A stretch of DNA of 64,000 bases from Chiloscyllium plagiosum (Eukaryota): positions 46,357,609-46,421,608 of the forward strand of contig NC_057730.1 in NCBI RefSeq assembly GCF_004010195.1, read 5' to 3'. The notes beneath the pieces are model-generated. The model saw nothing but the letters and a program-made list of their open reading frames with translations, was not told the origin of the DNA and did not search any database. The translations under genes and the position numbers were made by a program. Positions 13,300 through 26,000 of the stretch are shown one piece after another (the first letter of the stretch is position 1; every line of letters begins with the position of its first letter).

Positions 13300-13832
13300 C
13301 TGAAAAGGAATAATTCAACAACATCAAAACCTGAAGCACCATCACTGTCTTCCTATAAATGTCACATTATCTTGAGACCCATCAAATTAAATTTAATCAA
13401 ACATATTTACAATTATTCAAATACAGTCATGTTCTTTATAATTTCACATCAATTATTTCATCCTGTCTTGCTTCACAGGGAAATCTTTTACAGTTGGACT
13501 GTTTTTGGTTTAGGTCATTAGTGATGTTTAAAAGAAAATCATACTACTTTCTATCATTTCAATATCTCAAAAGATCAGAACTTTTTGGTCTTTAATATTA
13601 AGAAATATGCAAAGCTAGAAGTACATTTCACCTCCAGTCAAGATTTTTAAAAACCCACTTTTTGAATCTAACACATTTAAAAATCAAAATTTTCAAAGGT
13701 TTAACACATTGTAAACATTAGTAGGTATGAGCAATAGGCCCATATTTTAAAAATTGACAAGTTTCTTCACATGATCAAACTGGTCTTAATAAACCCACAG
13801 TTAACAAGCTTCAAACAGCTTACAATACTCAC

Positions 13833-13943
13833 TGAACAATTGGGGCAAACAAAGCCACTCATGTTTTCAATTATTCCCACCACTGGCAATCCAGTTTTTT
13901 TGCAAAATGTCAATTCTCTTCTTACATCTCCAATGGACACTGC
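13833..13943 (-). CDS. NUBP2: NUBP2 exon 5 (ENMS and CPxC Fe-S motif)
   Basis: cag|[37 protein letters not shown]|gtgag, 111 nt. Confidence 0.95.
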
Positions 13944-14989
13944 CTGTTAATAAACCAAAATATTTTGAAATGATACTCAAAAGGAGTAGGAATGATAATA
14001 GGTGTTTCAAAATTAAACTTGTCAACATTCATGGTCAAGTATCACATATGAATAATGATCACTTGGACAAGGCAATGTAGATGAATCATTGCTCACAGAA
14101 TCATAATTCAGGAGCTCTCAGGAGTGATGGAAAAAAATCTTTTGCACAAGCACAGAAGTTGAGATTGAAAAAACACTACACACATCAGGCAATGCTAAAC
14201 TGGAGTTAATAAATCTCCTAAGATTGTCAGAGAACAGAAAAACTAAAGAGAAGTCAGCAGTTTGGCATAGTTGAGGCTCAGTGAATGAACAAATGACTGA
14301 ATGGGGTTGTAGCACAATTCAACTGAGGGAGAAGGTAGGAGAGAAGTCTGAAAGATAAAATAGATGTTTAAAGCAGAGAGGAAATCACAGAGTAACACTG
14401 ACCTGACCAAGTTTGAGGAGACTTCAAGAAACAAGGAAAATTGCAAGAGTTATTGGGAGATGAAAAATTAAATTTATCAGATGAAGAACTACCCAAACTA
14501 GAGGATAAGGAAACAAATATACTTATCTATATAAAGCAGTTAGCATCTCCAATATTGGACTGATAGAAGTTACAAGTAGAAATAAAGTTGACTTGGGATA
14601 TCCAAACCACAGGCTAATTTGGTTAAGTTCTAAGTTTTTAAAAAGCAGACCAATAGCCGTTATTGCACACTTAGAAGAGTTTTAAAAAAAAAGACTACAG
14701 AATAAAGAATAGGACAGCAGAGGAACAGGACCTTTGGCCCAACATGCCTGTGCCAACCATGATACCATTGTAAACTAACCCCAAATAAACAAATCGCCTG
14801 CATGTTCATGAGTCTGTCTAAATGACTTTTAAATGGTGCCATCATATCTACTTCTACCATGTCCACTAGCCATCTGTTTCAGGCACCTACCACCCTCTGC
14901 ATTAAAATATTTGCCTCGCACATCTCCTTTAACAGGTCACCCCTCAGCCTTCAACACTCCAGCAAATAAAATTCCAGTCTGTCCACCGT

Positions 14990-15308
14990 GGGCGGCACAG
15001 AGGTTAGCACTGCTGCCTCACAGCGCCAGAGACCCGGGTTCCACTCCCGCCTCAGGCGACCGACTGTCTGGAGTTTGTACATTCTCCCAGTGTCTGCGTG
15101 GGTTTCCTCCGGGTGCTCCGGTTTCCTCCCACAATCCAAAAATGTGCAGGTCAGGTGAATTGGCCATGCTAAATTGCCCGTAGTGTTAGGTGCAGGGGTA
15201 AATGTAGGGGAATGGGTCTGTGTGGGTTACGCTTCGGCGGGTCGGTGTGGACTTGTTGGGCCGAAGGGCCTGTTTCCACACTGTAAAGTAATCTAATCTA
15301 ATCTAATC
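14990..15308 (+). mobile_element. HE1/V-SINE (tRNA-derived), well-preserved copy
   Basis: tRNA-like head ggcggcacagaggttagcactgctgcctcacagcgccag...gggttc, V-domain gtgtctgcgtgggtttcctccgggtgctccggtttcctccca, CR1-like tail and (taatc)n. Confidence 0.9.
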
Positions 15309-15396
15309 TTTCCTTATAGCTAACACACTCAAATCAAGGCAACATCCTGGCAAACCTCTTTTACACTCTTCCCAAAGCCTCCATATCCTAACTACA

Positions 15397-15707
15397 GGGC
15401 AGCACAGTGGCTCAGTGATTAGCACTGCTGCCTCACAACGCCACGGACCCAGGTTCATTTCCAGCTTTGGGCAACCATCTGTGTGGCGTTTGCACAGTCT
15501 CCCTGTGACTGTGTGGGTTTCCTCCCACAGTCCAAAGATGTGCAAGTTAGGTCAATTGGCCTTGCAAAATTGCCCATAGCATTCAGGGATGTATAGGTTA
15601 GGTGCATTAGTCAGTGGTAGGGGAATGAGTCTGGGTGGGTAACTCTTCAGAGGGTCGGTGTGTACTTGTTGGGCTAAATGGCCTCTTTTCACATGAAAAG
15701 GATTCTA
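15397..15707 (+). mobile_element. HE1/V-SINE
   Basis: Same head and V-domain as 14990-15308, more diverged. Confidence 0.85.
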
Positions 15708-16940
15708 GAGTGTGGTGACCAGACCGGCACACAATATTCTAAATGTGGGCAGATCAAAGTTTTATACAGCTACAACATAACTTGCCAACTTCAATACTCA
15801 ATGCCCTTACAGATAAAGACAAGCATGCCGTACCCCTTCTATACTATCTTATCCATTTGTGCTGGCACTTTCAGGAAGCTTTGAACCCAAGATCCCTCTG
15901 GATATCAATGTTCATTAGGGTCCTACCATTTACTTCATACTTTCCTCTTGCATTTGACCTATGAAAATGTCTGTCCTCACTGGTCCAGATTAAACTCCAT
16001 CTGCCATTTCTCCACCCAGTTTTCCATATGATATATAAGCTGCTCATCCTTTGACAACTCACTTCCCTATCCACAACTCCACCTATTTTTATGTAGTCTG
16101 CAAACTTACTCCCTAACTCTGCATCCAAATCAATCATTTATTACAAGCAATATTGGCCTGCACTGATCCTTATGGAACACCACTTGTCACAGACCTCCAG
16201 TCAGAAAAACAGCCCTCCACAACTACAACAACAGAACAGTTAAGAGTGAGAAAAACCAACAAACTAACTCTTAATTCAGCCAACTATACGGTGTTTACAA
16301 TGCCAAACAAAATTGTAAGTAATTCAGAAAATGCAAGTTAATGGCAATGCTATGGAAAATTTAAAAGAATGAAGAGTCATCTAAGTAGTCTTTGCAATAC
16401 CAATTCCTGATACTAGAGGGCAATGCCAATCCCTAGATGGGGACCAAACAGAAAAAACTGGAAATTCTATAGATGCTGCCTGACCAAGTGAGAGAAACAC
16501 TGATAATGACATTACTGACATTCAACTTAAAACAGATTATTTTTCCCTTAGCAGATGCTACCTGACATGCTAAGCATTTCCAGCATTTCATTCTTATACT
16601 TCAAATTTCCAGTAACTAACACTTACTTGATACTTGAGACTTTTTACCATCCACCCACACAAACTCTAACAATAACTTATTAAGCAGAAAATGCTTATGA
16701 CAAAATCCAACATTTCTTCCTGATTTATCATACATGAAATGCCTTTTACTTAACATCACTGTGTCGTATACTTTTCAGATTCCATGCACAAAATGGAACA
16801 AAGCAAGATTTTGAAGATGACCTGAGGAAGAGAGAGATTTCTATCCAAATAATAAATGTAAACCAAGGAACTGCTTAATTAGCATAAATTTCCACCTTCA
16901 AATTAGCCTAATTTATACTATATTACTGTATGCCTTTATA

Positions 16941-17300
16941 CAGAGAAACCTTGATTATCCAAACAAAACGGGCAGGCAGTATTTCGTTCAGATAATTGAT
17001 TCAAAACCTTTCCTCTGGGGCTCGGAGTTTTCTGAAGTTTCCTTTTTCCTCCCTCCGCCTGCCTTGCTCCCTCTCTCTGTCTCAGGGTTAGTTTCTGAAC
17101 CCACACGCACTTGTCTGTAAGGGACCTGCAGCATTGCTGAAGCCTCCCTTTCCCTCCAACCCCAACCAGCTCAACGGGATTGACACAGCGAGCACTTGCT
17201 AAGTCCACTCCCTATTCAGGAGACTAGGCAGCAGCAGCATACTACAGCAGCAAAGGTAGTCATGCCCCTGGCGTTAGCACTGTTTAAATGTCAAAAAAAC
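16941..17300. mobile_element. one end of a pogo/Tigger-like DNA transposon
   Basis: ta|cagagaaaccttgattatcc TIR like the two MITEs; no partner TIR found and the right boundary is uncertain. Confidence 0.5.
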
Positions 17301-17595
17301 AAAAATCAACTGTAGAGGGTGGGGCTGCGACACAGGAAATAGAATCACAGGAAATAAAAGGACCAATAAGTTTCCTCCATAAAAAGGAGAACCACGCAAC
17401 ACTTGAAATAATTTGGGATACAAACTGTGCATTTTGCCTGGATGGAAGTCAGTGTAATGCAATTTAAAACATCCAAATACCTAACAACTGAAACAAATAA
17501 TGTGTACTTAACTGACTGTATCAGCATTTATCGGTCTGGCATGAACAAAAGAAAGCTGAAAAGACCTCAGAAGTTGAATCTCTCAGTAAACGCAC

Positions 17596-17750
17596 CTGTG
17601 GCGTCGTAACCAACAGAGCTCCATCGGGTTTATGCTGACGAAGGCATTCCACCACTGAGATGTGTTCATCAGAGGTCCCAGGCGGAGTGTCGACAATGAG
17701 ATAGTCAAGCTCTCCCCAGGCCACATCGGAAATAAACTGCTTGATTAGAG
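17596..17750 (-). CDS. NUBP2: NUBP2 exon 4 ([10 protein letters not shown])
   Basis: tag|(A)[51 protein letters not shown]|gtgcgt, 155 nt. Confidence 0.95.
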
Positions 17751-19253
17751 CTAAGTGAGGAAAGGGAGAAAAGTTTTTTTTAAAATATAAAGCAAACTTG
17801 AGAACATTTAGCTATTTCATATGTTCAGAGATAATTAAAGTCTGACAGTTGAACTTGACTGCCAAGTTAATGAAAAGGTTGTTTGAGCATTGTTTTCAGA
17901 GTCAAAATCTCAAGCTTACAGGTCATTCAATTCCAGTTAGACTAAATCTATGATATTTCACCATGAAAATACATCTTCACCTTCCGGGCTTTTCATAGGA
18001 CTCAAACTGAAATTAAATTATTTAAATACAATTCTGACTCTAAAACAAAACAATTCATGCCAGTAGAGATTAAGCTTCCTGCTAACTGAAGAAGGAAAAT
18101 TCTAACTTCGAGTCACAATTTTTTTTACCTCCCAATCCACAGCAAACAAACATTTGTGACTAAGTGCAGCCTCCAGGTGAAACATAATACATGGCTGGGT
18201 GTTTCTGTTGGCCACTGTACGTGATTACATAGTCTCAAGTAAGGTATGAAGTGTTCCAGACATCACGTGTACAAGATAGCCTTGAATGGACCACTTCATT
18301 CTTTGTCAGTAATCGCTAGTGTTGTGCAGACAAAATCCACTCCCTATTTTAGTTGCAATTTCTAGATGTTAGATTTCTGTGCAATCATCTTTGAACTTTT
18401 ACATCTATATTTACGTAGAAGATTGCCAACGTACCCTTGCATTAAACTTGAAATACCCTCTCATAACAGTGGAAGATGTTTAAAAGAAAGAAGGAACTCT
18501 CAAAGTCTCTTACAATAACCAGAGACCTAAAGTGCCCATTTTCATCCATTGTCATTTCTGTGGGTATTATGCTGGTCTCCCACTTGAAATATGTCAGGGA
18601 GATGGATAACATGCCTGTGAAATTTCACTGTCTGGATCAGTTAATTTCCAGTATTGCTAAAGAGAAGTTGCAGGAAATGTTGTAGGAACAGTACACCAAG
18701 TAGCTCAAAATTTCATACTGTTGCCAGGTTGCAGATGTGTTACATTGAGCCTTCATCTTTAAATATTAAACCTAATTTCAGTCTGCACAAGTCACAAAAT
18801 CATTTGTTATTCAAAGTTTGCATATTCGTAAATATTTGTAAAATTTCATCAGCACTTCAAAAACAAAGTGTCTATTAACCAGATATTGGTCCACTACTTT
18901 TCATCATTTATATAAATGATTGGAATGCGAGCATAAGAGGTACAGTTAGTAAGTCTGCGGATGACACCAAAATTGGAGGTGTAGTGGACAGTGAAGAAGA
19001 TTACCTCAGATTACAACGGAATCTTGATCAGATGGGCCAATGGTCTGAGGAATGGCAGATGGAGTTTAATTTAGATAAACAGGAGGTCTGCATTTTGGGA
19101 AAGCAAATCTTAGCAAGAGTTATACACTTAATGGTAGGGAGTGTTGCTGAACAAAGAGACCTTGGAGTGCACGTTCATAGCTCCTTGAAAGTGGAGTCGC
19201 AGGTAGATAGGATAGTTGCTGTGGTTCTGTTCGCCAAGCTGGAAGTTTTTGTT

Positions 19254-19293
19254 GCAAACGTTTCGTCCCCTGTCTAGGTGACATCTTCAGTGC
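19254..19293 (-). ncRNA. minimal type I hammerhead ribozyme motif (sense to NUBP2 pre-mRNA)
   Basis: GCA-CUGAAGA-U-GUCACCU-AGAC-AGGGGAC-GAAA-C-GUU-UGC: both conserved boxes, stem II, palindromic AACGUU and a 3-bp stem I. Confidence 0.7.
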
Positions 19294-19668
19294 TTGGGAG
19301 CCTCCTGTGAAGCGCTTCTGTGGTGTTTCCTCCGGCATTTATAGTGGCCTGTCCCTGCCGCTTCCGGTTGTCAGTTTCAGCTGTCCGCTGTAGTGGCCGG
19401 TATATTGGGTCCAGGTCTATGTGTTTGTTGATGGATGAATTCGACTGGGACAACACTACCATTATAGGGCAAGCCAAACAAAGAACAGCCAGGGAATTCC
19501 TAGAAAGTTGGCACTCATCCACAAACTCCATCAACAAACACATAGACCTGGACCCAATATACCGGCCACTACAGCGGACAGCTGAAACTGACAACCGGAA
19601 GCGGCAGGGACAGGCCACTATAAATGCCGGAGGAAACACCACAGAAGCGCTTCACAGGAGGCTCCCAA

Positions 19669-19708
19669 GCACTGAGGATGTCACCTAGACAGGGGACGAA
19701 ACGTTTGC
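19669..19708 (+). ncRNA. minimal type I hammerhead ribozyme motif
   Basis: GCA-CUGAGGA-U-GUCACCU-AGAC-AGGGGAC-GAAA-C-GUU-UGC. Confidence 0.7.
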
Positions 19709-20056
19709 AACAAAAACTTCCAGCTCGGCGAACAGAACCACAGCAACGAGCACCCGAGCTACACATCTTCTCACAAACTTAGATAGGATAGTGGAGGCAG
19801 CATTTGGTGTGCTGAGATGTGATCAGCTGTGATCATATTAAACAGTAGGCAGGCTCGAGGGGCTGAATTGGCTACACCTCCTCCACATTCTTAAGTTCTA
19901 AAATTTTTTTCTCCACCATAACCCGAGCAATGCTTGGAAAGGCACCAACATGCTAAAGGAATGTTCTAAGAGTAACAGATTACTTGTAATTAATTACTGA
20001 TGAGCTACAACACGTGCTTTATTTTTGTTGTTTGAGTTAAAGACATAGGACCTCAC

Positions 20057-20255
20057 CGGTTTTCTTTGGCCCCCTCCATATCACAGCATCATCTGGAGTC
20101 TCCAACAGAAAGCCTATTGACATTATGCACATTGTTTTATCTTTGTCTACATAAACTGGTACCCAACCCGCATCGCATTGATGTACAGCACTATTCAGAA
20201 CATTCAGCATCCGAGGGATGCTTGGACCACACAGATCAATGTCGAGAATTCCAAC
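20057..20255 (-). CDS. NUBP2: NUBP2 exon 3
   Basis: tag|[66 protein letters not shown]|gtgag, 199 nt. Confidence 0.95.
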
Positions 20256-21239
20256 CTAAAATAAAACAATTCAACAATAAATTAAACAAACAATTGGGGA
20301 AAAAATTGACATCAGAGATTAACTAGAATGACAACAACTAGGACTAGAAGACTGAAGAACCCTATTAGATGCAAAGAGAAGATAGAAGAGGTGGTGGTGT
20401 TTTAAGTTCAGAAGGAGATTTTCAAAACTATGTAAGGATTTTAGAAACTATGCAAAGAAAAACTTAACAATTCAAATCACACTCCAAAATTGGCAAAAAT
20501 AGAAGGACACTAGAACTTCTAATGTTGTCACAGAGCCAGAACATGGTGCGCTTTACCCACAAGTGGTTTCTACAATAAAAATTAATTGAAAAGTGACATG
20601 AATAAACATTTGGAAAGAACACAAGATATGAACATTTGAAATCTGTTCCTGTCAAACAGCTTTTCTTTGCAAATAAAATGCTTTAAAGCATTTAATATTT
20701 TTAGTTATGTCCTTTGTTAAATTTGTTTTGAATCTCTTCAAAATGAAAACAATCAAAATTTCAGACGGATTTTGCAAAAAAGCTAAAAACGATCCGTGAC
20801 AGCGATCGGGAAGTATTCATTGTTGGCATTGTATCAAGTTGCACTATGGAATGCTACAACAAAGAGTTGCCTTAAATGATGTAATTTTCAAGTGAACCTT
20901 TCAAGTAAATTTTTCACAAAGTTTTGAATATGACCTTCTTGCTTCAGGAGCAGTTACAAATAATGTTTTAGGAAGCAGTGTAGAATTCAAAAGTATGGAT
21001 TATTGGAACAATGTTGAGGAGAAAGAATGTATTAAAAATTGAGCCGCTGGGAATTATATGCATCAACTACAGGTGAATTGCTTGCAGTACCATAAGTTTG
21101 GATTGAATGTCTTGAGACATCCGAAACTTAGCTGAAGTATGACAAAAAGATAGAGAATTTTCAGGCAAAACTTGGTCCACTTAGGTTGGTTTACAGAAGA
21201 TTTTATATTCAGTAATATGTCAATGAGCGAGCAGGCACT

Positions 21240-23275
21240 TAGAGTCATAGAGATGTACAGCACGGAAACAGACCCTTCGGTCTAACCCGTCCATGCCGAA
21301 CAGATATCCCAACCCAATCTAGCCCCACCTGCCAGCATCTGGCCCATATCCCTCCAAAGCCTTCCAATTCATATACCCATCCAAATGCCTTTTAAATGTT
21401 GCAATTGTGCTAGCCTCCACCACATCCTCTGGCAGCTCATTTAATACACATACCACCCTCTGCGTGAAACATTTGCCCCTTAGGTCTCTTTTATATCTTT
21501 CCCCTCTCACCCTAAACCTATGCCCTCTAGTTCTGGACTCCCCAATCCGAGGGAAAAGACTTTGTTTATTTATCCTATCCATGCCCCTCATGATTTTGTA
21601 AACCTCTATAAGGTCACCCCTCAGCCTCCGATGCTCCAGGGAAAACAGCCCCAGCCTGTTCAGCCTCTCCCTATAGCTCAAATCCTCCAACCCTGGCAAC
21701 ATTCTTGTAAATCTTTCCTGAAGCCTTTCAAGTTTCACAATATCTTTCCAATAGGAAGGAGACCAGAACTGCATGCAATATTCCAACAGTGGCCTAACCA
21801 ATGTCCTGTACAGCTGCAACATGACCTCCCAACTCCTGTACTCAATACTCTGACCAAAGGAAAGCATACCAAATGCCTTCTTCACTATCCTATCTACCTG
21901 CGACTCCACTCTCAAGCAGCTATGAACCTGCACTCCAAGGTCTCTTTGTTCAGCAACACTCCCTAGGACCTTACCATTAAATGCATAAGTTCTGCTAAGA
22001 TTTGCTTTCCCAAAATGCAGCACTTCACATTTATCTAAATTAAATTCCATCTGCCACTTCTCAGTCCATTGGCCCATCTGATCAAGATCCCATTGTAATG
22101 AGGTAACCCTCTTTGCTGTCCACTACACCTCCAATTTTGGTGACATTTGCAAACTTACTATCCCTACCTCAAATGCTCACATCCAAATCATTTATATAAA
22201 TGACGAAAAGTAGAGGAGCCAGCACCGATCCTTGTGGCACTCCACTGGTCACAGGCCTCCAGTCTGAAAACAATCCTCCAACACCACTCTCTGTCTTCTA
22301 CCTTTGAGGTAGTTCTGTATCTAATTGCCTAGTTCTCCCTGTATTATGTGAGATCTAATCTTGCTACCAGTCTCCCATGGGGAACCTTGTCGAACATCTT
22401 ACTGAAATCCATATACATCACATCTACCCTCTGCCCTCATCAATCCTCTTTGTTACTTCTTCAAAAAAAAACTCAATCAAGTTTGACAGACATGATTTCT
22501 CACGCACAAAGCCATGTTGACTATCCCTAATCAGTCCTTGCCTTTCCAAATACATGTACATCCTGTCCCTCCGGATTCCCTCCAACAACTTGCCCACCAC
22601 CGACATCAGGCTCACTGGCCTATAGTTCCCTGGCTTGTCCTTACCACCCTTCTTAAAACAGTGGCACCACATTAGCCAACCTCCAGTCTTCCGGCACCTC
22701 ACCTGTAACTACTGATGATACAAATACCTCAGCAAGAGGCCCAGCAATCACCTCCCTAGCTTCCCACAGAGTTCTAGGGTACACCTGATCAGGTCCTGGA
22801 GATTTACCCAAGTTTATGCATTTTAAAACATCCAGCACTTCCTCCTCTGTAATACGGACATTTTTCAAGATGTCTCCATCTATTTCCCTACATTCTATGT
22901 CTTCCATGTCCTTTTCCACAGTAAATACTGATGCAAAATGCTCATTTAGTTTCTCCCCAATTTCCTGTGGCTCCATACAAAAGCTGCCTTGCTGATCTTT
23001 GAGGGGCCCTATTCTCTCCCTAGTTACCCTTTTATCCTTAATGTATTTGTAAAAACCTTTTGGATTCCCCTTAATTCTATTTGCCAAAGCTATCTCATGT
23101 CCCCTTTTTGCCCTCCTGATTTCCCTAAAGTCTACTCCTCCTGCCTTTATACTCTAAGGATTCACTCGACCTATCCTGTCTATACCTGACATATGCTTCC
23201 TTCTGTTTCTTAACCAAACCCTCAATTTCTTTAGTCATCCAGCATTCCCTATACATACCAGCCTTTCCTTTCACA
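21240..23275 (-). mobile_element. ~2 kb 5'-truncated CR1 LINE with frameshifted RT
   Basis: Consecutive ORFs 22653-23087, 22424-22702 and 21319-22077 ([40 protein letters not shown]); 3' tail ctctatgactcta. Confidence 0.95.
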
Positions 23276-23657
23276 CTAATTGAGCCAAAAGATTTTGATG
23301 TAGGAAGTCATTCCAATTTTGAGCACAATTTACACCCTGATTGCCAACTTCAAGACCAGAAAGCCAAGGAAAATTAGACTAAAGCTCTGGTGCAGAGTCA
23401 GACATTGCACAGGCAAGAGGAACATAAATAGCTTATATGGTCACATGTCTAGAACTCATGGTTGCTTCTTTTGTTACCAGTAGCATGTTTTGCATAGAAT
23501 TTCTTTTGTACTGTCATGTTGTGGCCTTAATGGATTCATCACATTCTGCCACAGAAAAGGGAATTTTAGAAAAAAAATTAATACCCTTCACACAAACAAT
23601 TTTTTTTCTTGAATGTTAATGAAATATTCATGTTTGGTGACATTTATTTTATCTTAC

Positions 23658-23770
23658 CCTTTTCCCAGCATTTCTCAGTGCAAGTGCTAACTCTGTTGTT
23701 ATGGTACTTTTCCCCACTCCTCCTTTGCCAGAAAGAACCAGCAGGATGTGGTCAACAGCAGCGAGGTTAT
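23658..23770 (-). CDS. NUBP2: NUBP2 exon 2 (deviant Walker [10 protein letters not shown])
   Basis: aag|(D)[37 protein letters not shown]|gtaag, 113 nt. Confidence 0.95.
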
Positions 23771-23832
23771 CTTGGGTTAAAAAAAGTTACATCATTAAAA
23801 TCACGTGCATTTCAACAACCTAAACATTGCTA

Positions 23833-24180
23833 AGTCAGAAGTCACACAACACCACGTTATTTGAAATCACAAGCTTTCAGAATGACAAAAGCTTGTGACT
23901 TCAAATAAACCTGCTGGAGTATAACCTGATGTTGTGAGACTTCTGACTTTGTCACACCAATCCGATATCAGCGTTTCCACATTATGGTTAAACATAAACA
24001 AGACACAAGGTTTGCATAAAGATTTGCAGCAGGAACGGAACCAAATGAATTCCAGAAGACACAGCACAACAGTACTGCACAGGAGGCGCCAAAGTACTGA
24101 AAATGTCACCTAGTCAGGGGGCAAAATGTCTGCAAATCAACTTTCTACCTTGGCAAACATACCCACAAGTATAATCAAGG
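23833..24180. mobile_element. two decayed Penelope-related relics (an inverted pair and a degenerate pLTR)
   Basis: Inverted repeat aagtcagaagtcacacaac...gaaatcacaagcttt / aaagcttgtgacttc...gttgtgagacttctgactt. Positions 24095-24133 are a mutated copy of the 19669 hammerhead. Confidence 0.55.
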
Positions 24181-24608
24181 CACAATCTAACTTACAGGAC
24201 AAATAAATGTAGGCTCATTTCAGAGCAGTCAAGTCCTTAGATATTTAAAAAATGCAGTAATGCCAAGTTTCTATTGTCCTTTGAACAGGTGCTACACTCA
24301 TCTAAGAGATCTTCCTCCCTCGAGAGAGAATGCACATTTGTGTCAATATATACCAGATATTCTAAGAAAGGTTCAAATATTTGAGAGACAATCTCGTTCT
24401 TCACATCAAATCTGCTTTTAAATAGAGTAAAAAAGACGACAATACTGTTGTTACCGTAGGAACACTGATCAATAAAACTCACATTATAATAACCTTTACA
24501 TCATATCCAGGTGTTAATTTTTTTCTATCTTATCACATTATCTCATGAAGATGGTAGCCCATCACAGAATCTGGCAAAGCTGTGGTATCTTGGTCAATTA
24601 GAAAATCT

Positions 24609-24727
24609 GATTCCTGAAGAAGGGCTTATGCCCGAAACGTCGATTCTCTTGCTCCTTGGATGCTGCCTGCTTTTCCAGCAACACATTTTCAGCTCTGATC
24701 TCCAGCATCTGCAGCCCTCACTTTCTC
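24609..24727 (+). mobile_element. 119-bp hammerhead-headed Penelope-derived mini-element
   Basis: 15-bp TSD tcaattagaaaatct (24594-24608, 24728-24742); the body matches the 3' end of the PLE at 41030-41220. Confidence 0.82.
24611..24644 (+). ncRNA. minimal hammerhead ribozyme motif with intact core
   Basis: CUGAAGA-A-GGGC-UUAU-GCCC-GAAA-C-GUC-ga: perfect 4-bp stem II and GUC triplet, but a weak stem I. Confidence 0.65.
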
Positions 24728-24766
24728 TCAATTAGAAAATCTCCCAGGTTCCCTCACATATCAGAC

Positions 24767-25105
24767 AACACAGTGGCTCAGTGGTTAGCACTGCTGCCTC
24801 ACAGAACAAGGGACCCAGATTCAATTCCAATTCTGTATGAAGTGTGCACATTCTCCTTGTGTCTGCGTGGGTTTCCTCTGGGTGCTCCAGTTTCCTCCCA
24901 CAAACATGTGCATGTTAAAAGAATTGGCCATGCTAAATTGCACATAGTGTTGAAGGATGAGTATGTTAGGTGCATTAGTGAGGGGTAAAATATAGAGCAA
25001 TAGGGTAAGGGAATGGGTCTGGGTGGGTTACTCTTCGGAGGGTTGGTGTGAACTTATCAGGCCAAAAGGCCTGTTTCCACACTGTAGGGATTCTATGATT
25101 CTATG
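24767..25105 (+). mobile_element. HE1/V-SINE
   Basis: cagtggctcagtggttagcactgctgcctcac head, V-domain and (gattctat)n tail. Confidence 0.88.
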
Positions 25106-25654
25106 AAATGGTGCTATTTGTGATTGAGTAGTATCATAGCCAAGTTTGATGTTCATGATAAGGTACCCTGTTCTTAGATAGCAGAAGCTGGAATTGTGAC
25201 TGACTTCAGTTCGAGGGGCACAAGAACCAGCTCTAGTACACCATCCCATGGTACATATTAACAAATGAATGAGCAACTTTTCTGCACTTAAAGTATAGAC
25301 AAAATATTCACACCCTAAACAATCTGGACTGCCAGTTTGCTCGATCCTAAACTTCGGATGGAGTCAACTGACAAAAGTGTACATTGAACAGCAGCTGGAT
25401 TGGAGCTCATCTGAGCGAGTTTCAGATTTAGAAAATTCGCAGTATCCTACCTCTCTAGTGAGTAAGGCATTAATCTATTAAAAATCTTACGAAGGAGGCG
25501 AGCAAACAGATGGGGGACGTAAGAGGAGAATTGGCGGTAGAGGAAAAGAAAGCGAGGAGAGGAATGCGATGGGGAGGACACATTAAAGGACAGAGCTCTT
25601 CTCTTCTCTTCTCTTCTCTTCTACTCGTCTCCAACTCCCCAAACACACACTTAC

Positions 25655-25670
25655 CTTCCGCAGCCGCCAT
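25655..25670 (-). CDS. NUBP2: NUBP2 coding exon 1 (MAAAE + 1 nt); cytosolic Fe-S cluster assembly factor, spliced CDS 819 nt = 272 aa
   Basis: aagATGGCGGCTGCGGAAG|gtaag with a strong Kozak context, inside the CpG island; the phase matches exon 2. Confidence 0.9.
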
Positions 25671-26000
25671 CTTGTCTGAGTTCCCAGTAACCGTCATGCC
25701 GTCACGTGATTCGCCACCGCCCTTTCCCCACAACCGGGACCAAGGGAAGCGCATGCGCACCACTGACAGGACCTTTGGCTCTCCTGACCCGCTCAGATCA
25801 GCGGGTGGGCGGGGCAATAGCGGAATCTGATGGACGTGCGTCTTAACCATTCAACGGGCAGATACCTACGACGTTTCATCGGATGGACGTATCGGAAACG
25901 GGTGGCCGGCATACAAGTTTGGTTGTGAAGCCCGTCTCTATATATAGGGGTGGGGAAGACGAGCATGCGCAGTTGCGGGAGCGTTAATTGAGTTGGACGT
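25671..26000. promoter_or_regulatory. CpG-rich bidirectional NUBP2/SPSB3 promoter
   Basis: CpG-dense. E-box GTCACGTGAT 25701-25710, NRF1-like GCGCATGCGCA 25749-25759 and GCATGCGCA 25963-25971, GC box 25806-25815, palindromic CTATATATAG 25938-25947, and a YY1-like CCGCCATCTT over the NUBP2 ATG. Confidence 0.8.

Larger units (their letters stand above)
14697..16225 (-). mobile_element. decayed CR1 LINE split by two V-SINEs
   Basis: Minus-strand RT remnants (SKFADYIKIGGVVD; GVP*GSVQA) and a CR1 3' end near 14700. Confidence 0.8.
19215..19779 (+). mobile_element. Penelope-like element (Poseidon/Penelope type), 5'-truncated with inverted pLTR, in NUBP2 intron 3
   Basis: GIY-YIG C-terminal region FDWDNTTIIGQAKQRTAREFLESWHS...NKHIDLDPIY; 221-bp inverted arms 19215-19435 / 19527-19747; TSD tagataggatagt (19204-19216, 19780-19792). 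Confidence 0.88.
18885..19815 (+). mobile_element. CR1 RT fragment, host of the Penelope insertion
   Basis: GPLLFIIYIND, SKSADDTKIGG, ...KVESQVDRIV, then resumes after the insertion as DRIV-EAAFGVL. Confidence 0.85.

Noticed and set aside
14990-15060. tRNA gene
   Set aside because: It is the tRNA-derived head of a SINE, continuous with the V-domain and repeated six times; no full cloverleaf.
19274-19688. Two near-identical 122-aa ORFs on opposite strands
   Set aside because: They are an artefact of the inverted pLTR; only the central GIY-YIG tail on + is real coding remnant.
21319-23087. Long RT ORFs as a host gene or active LINE
   Set aside because: 5'-truncated, frameshifted CR1 copy with no endonuclease or ORF1.
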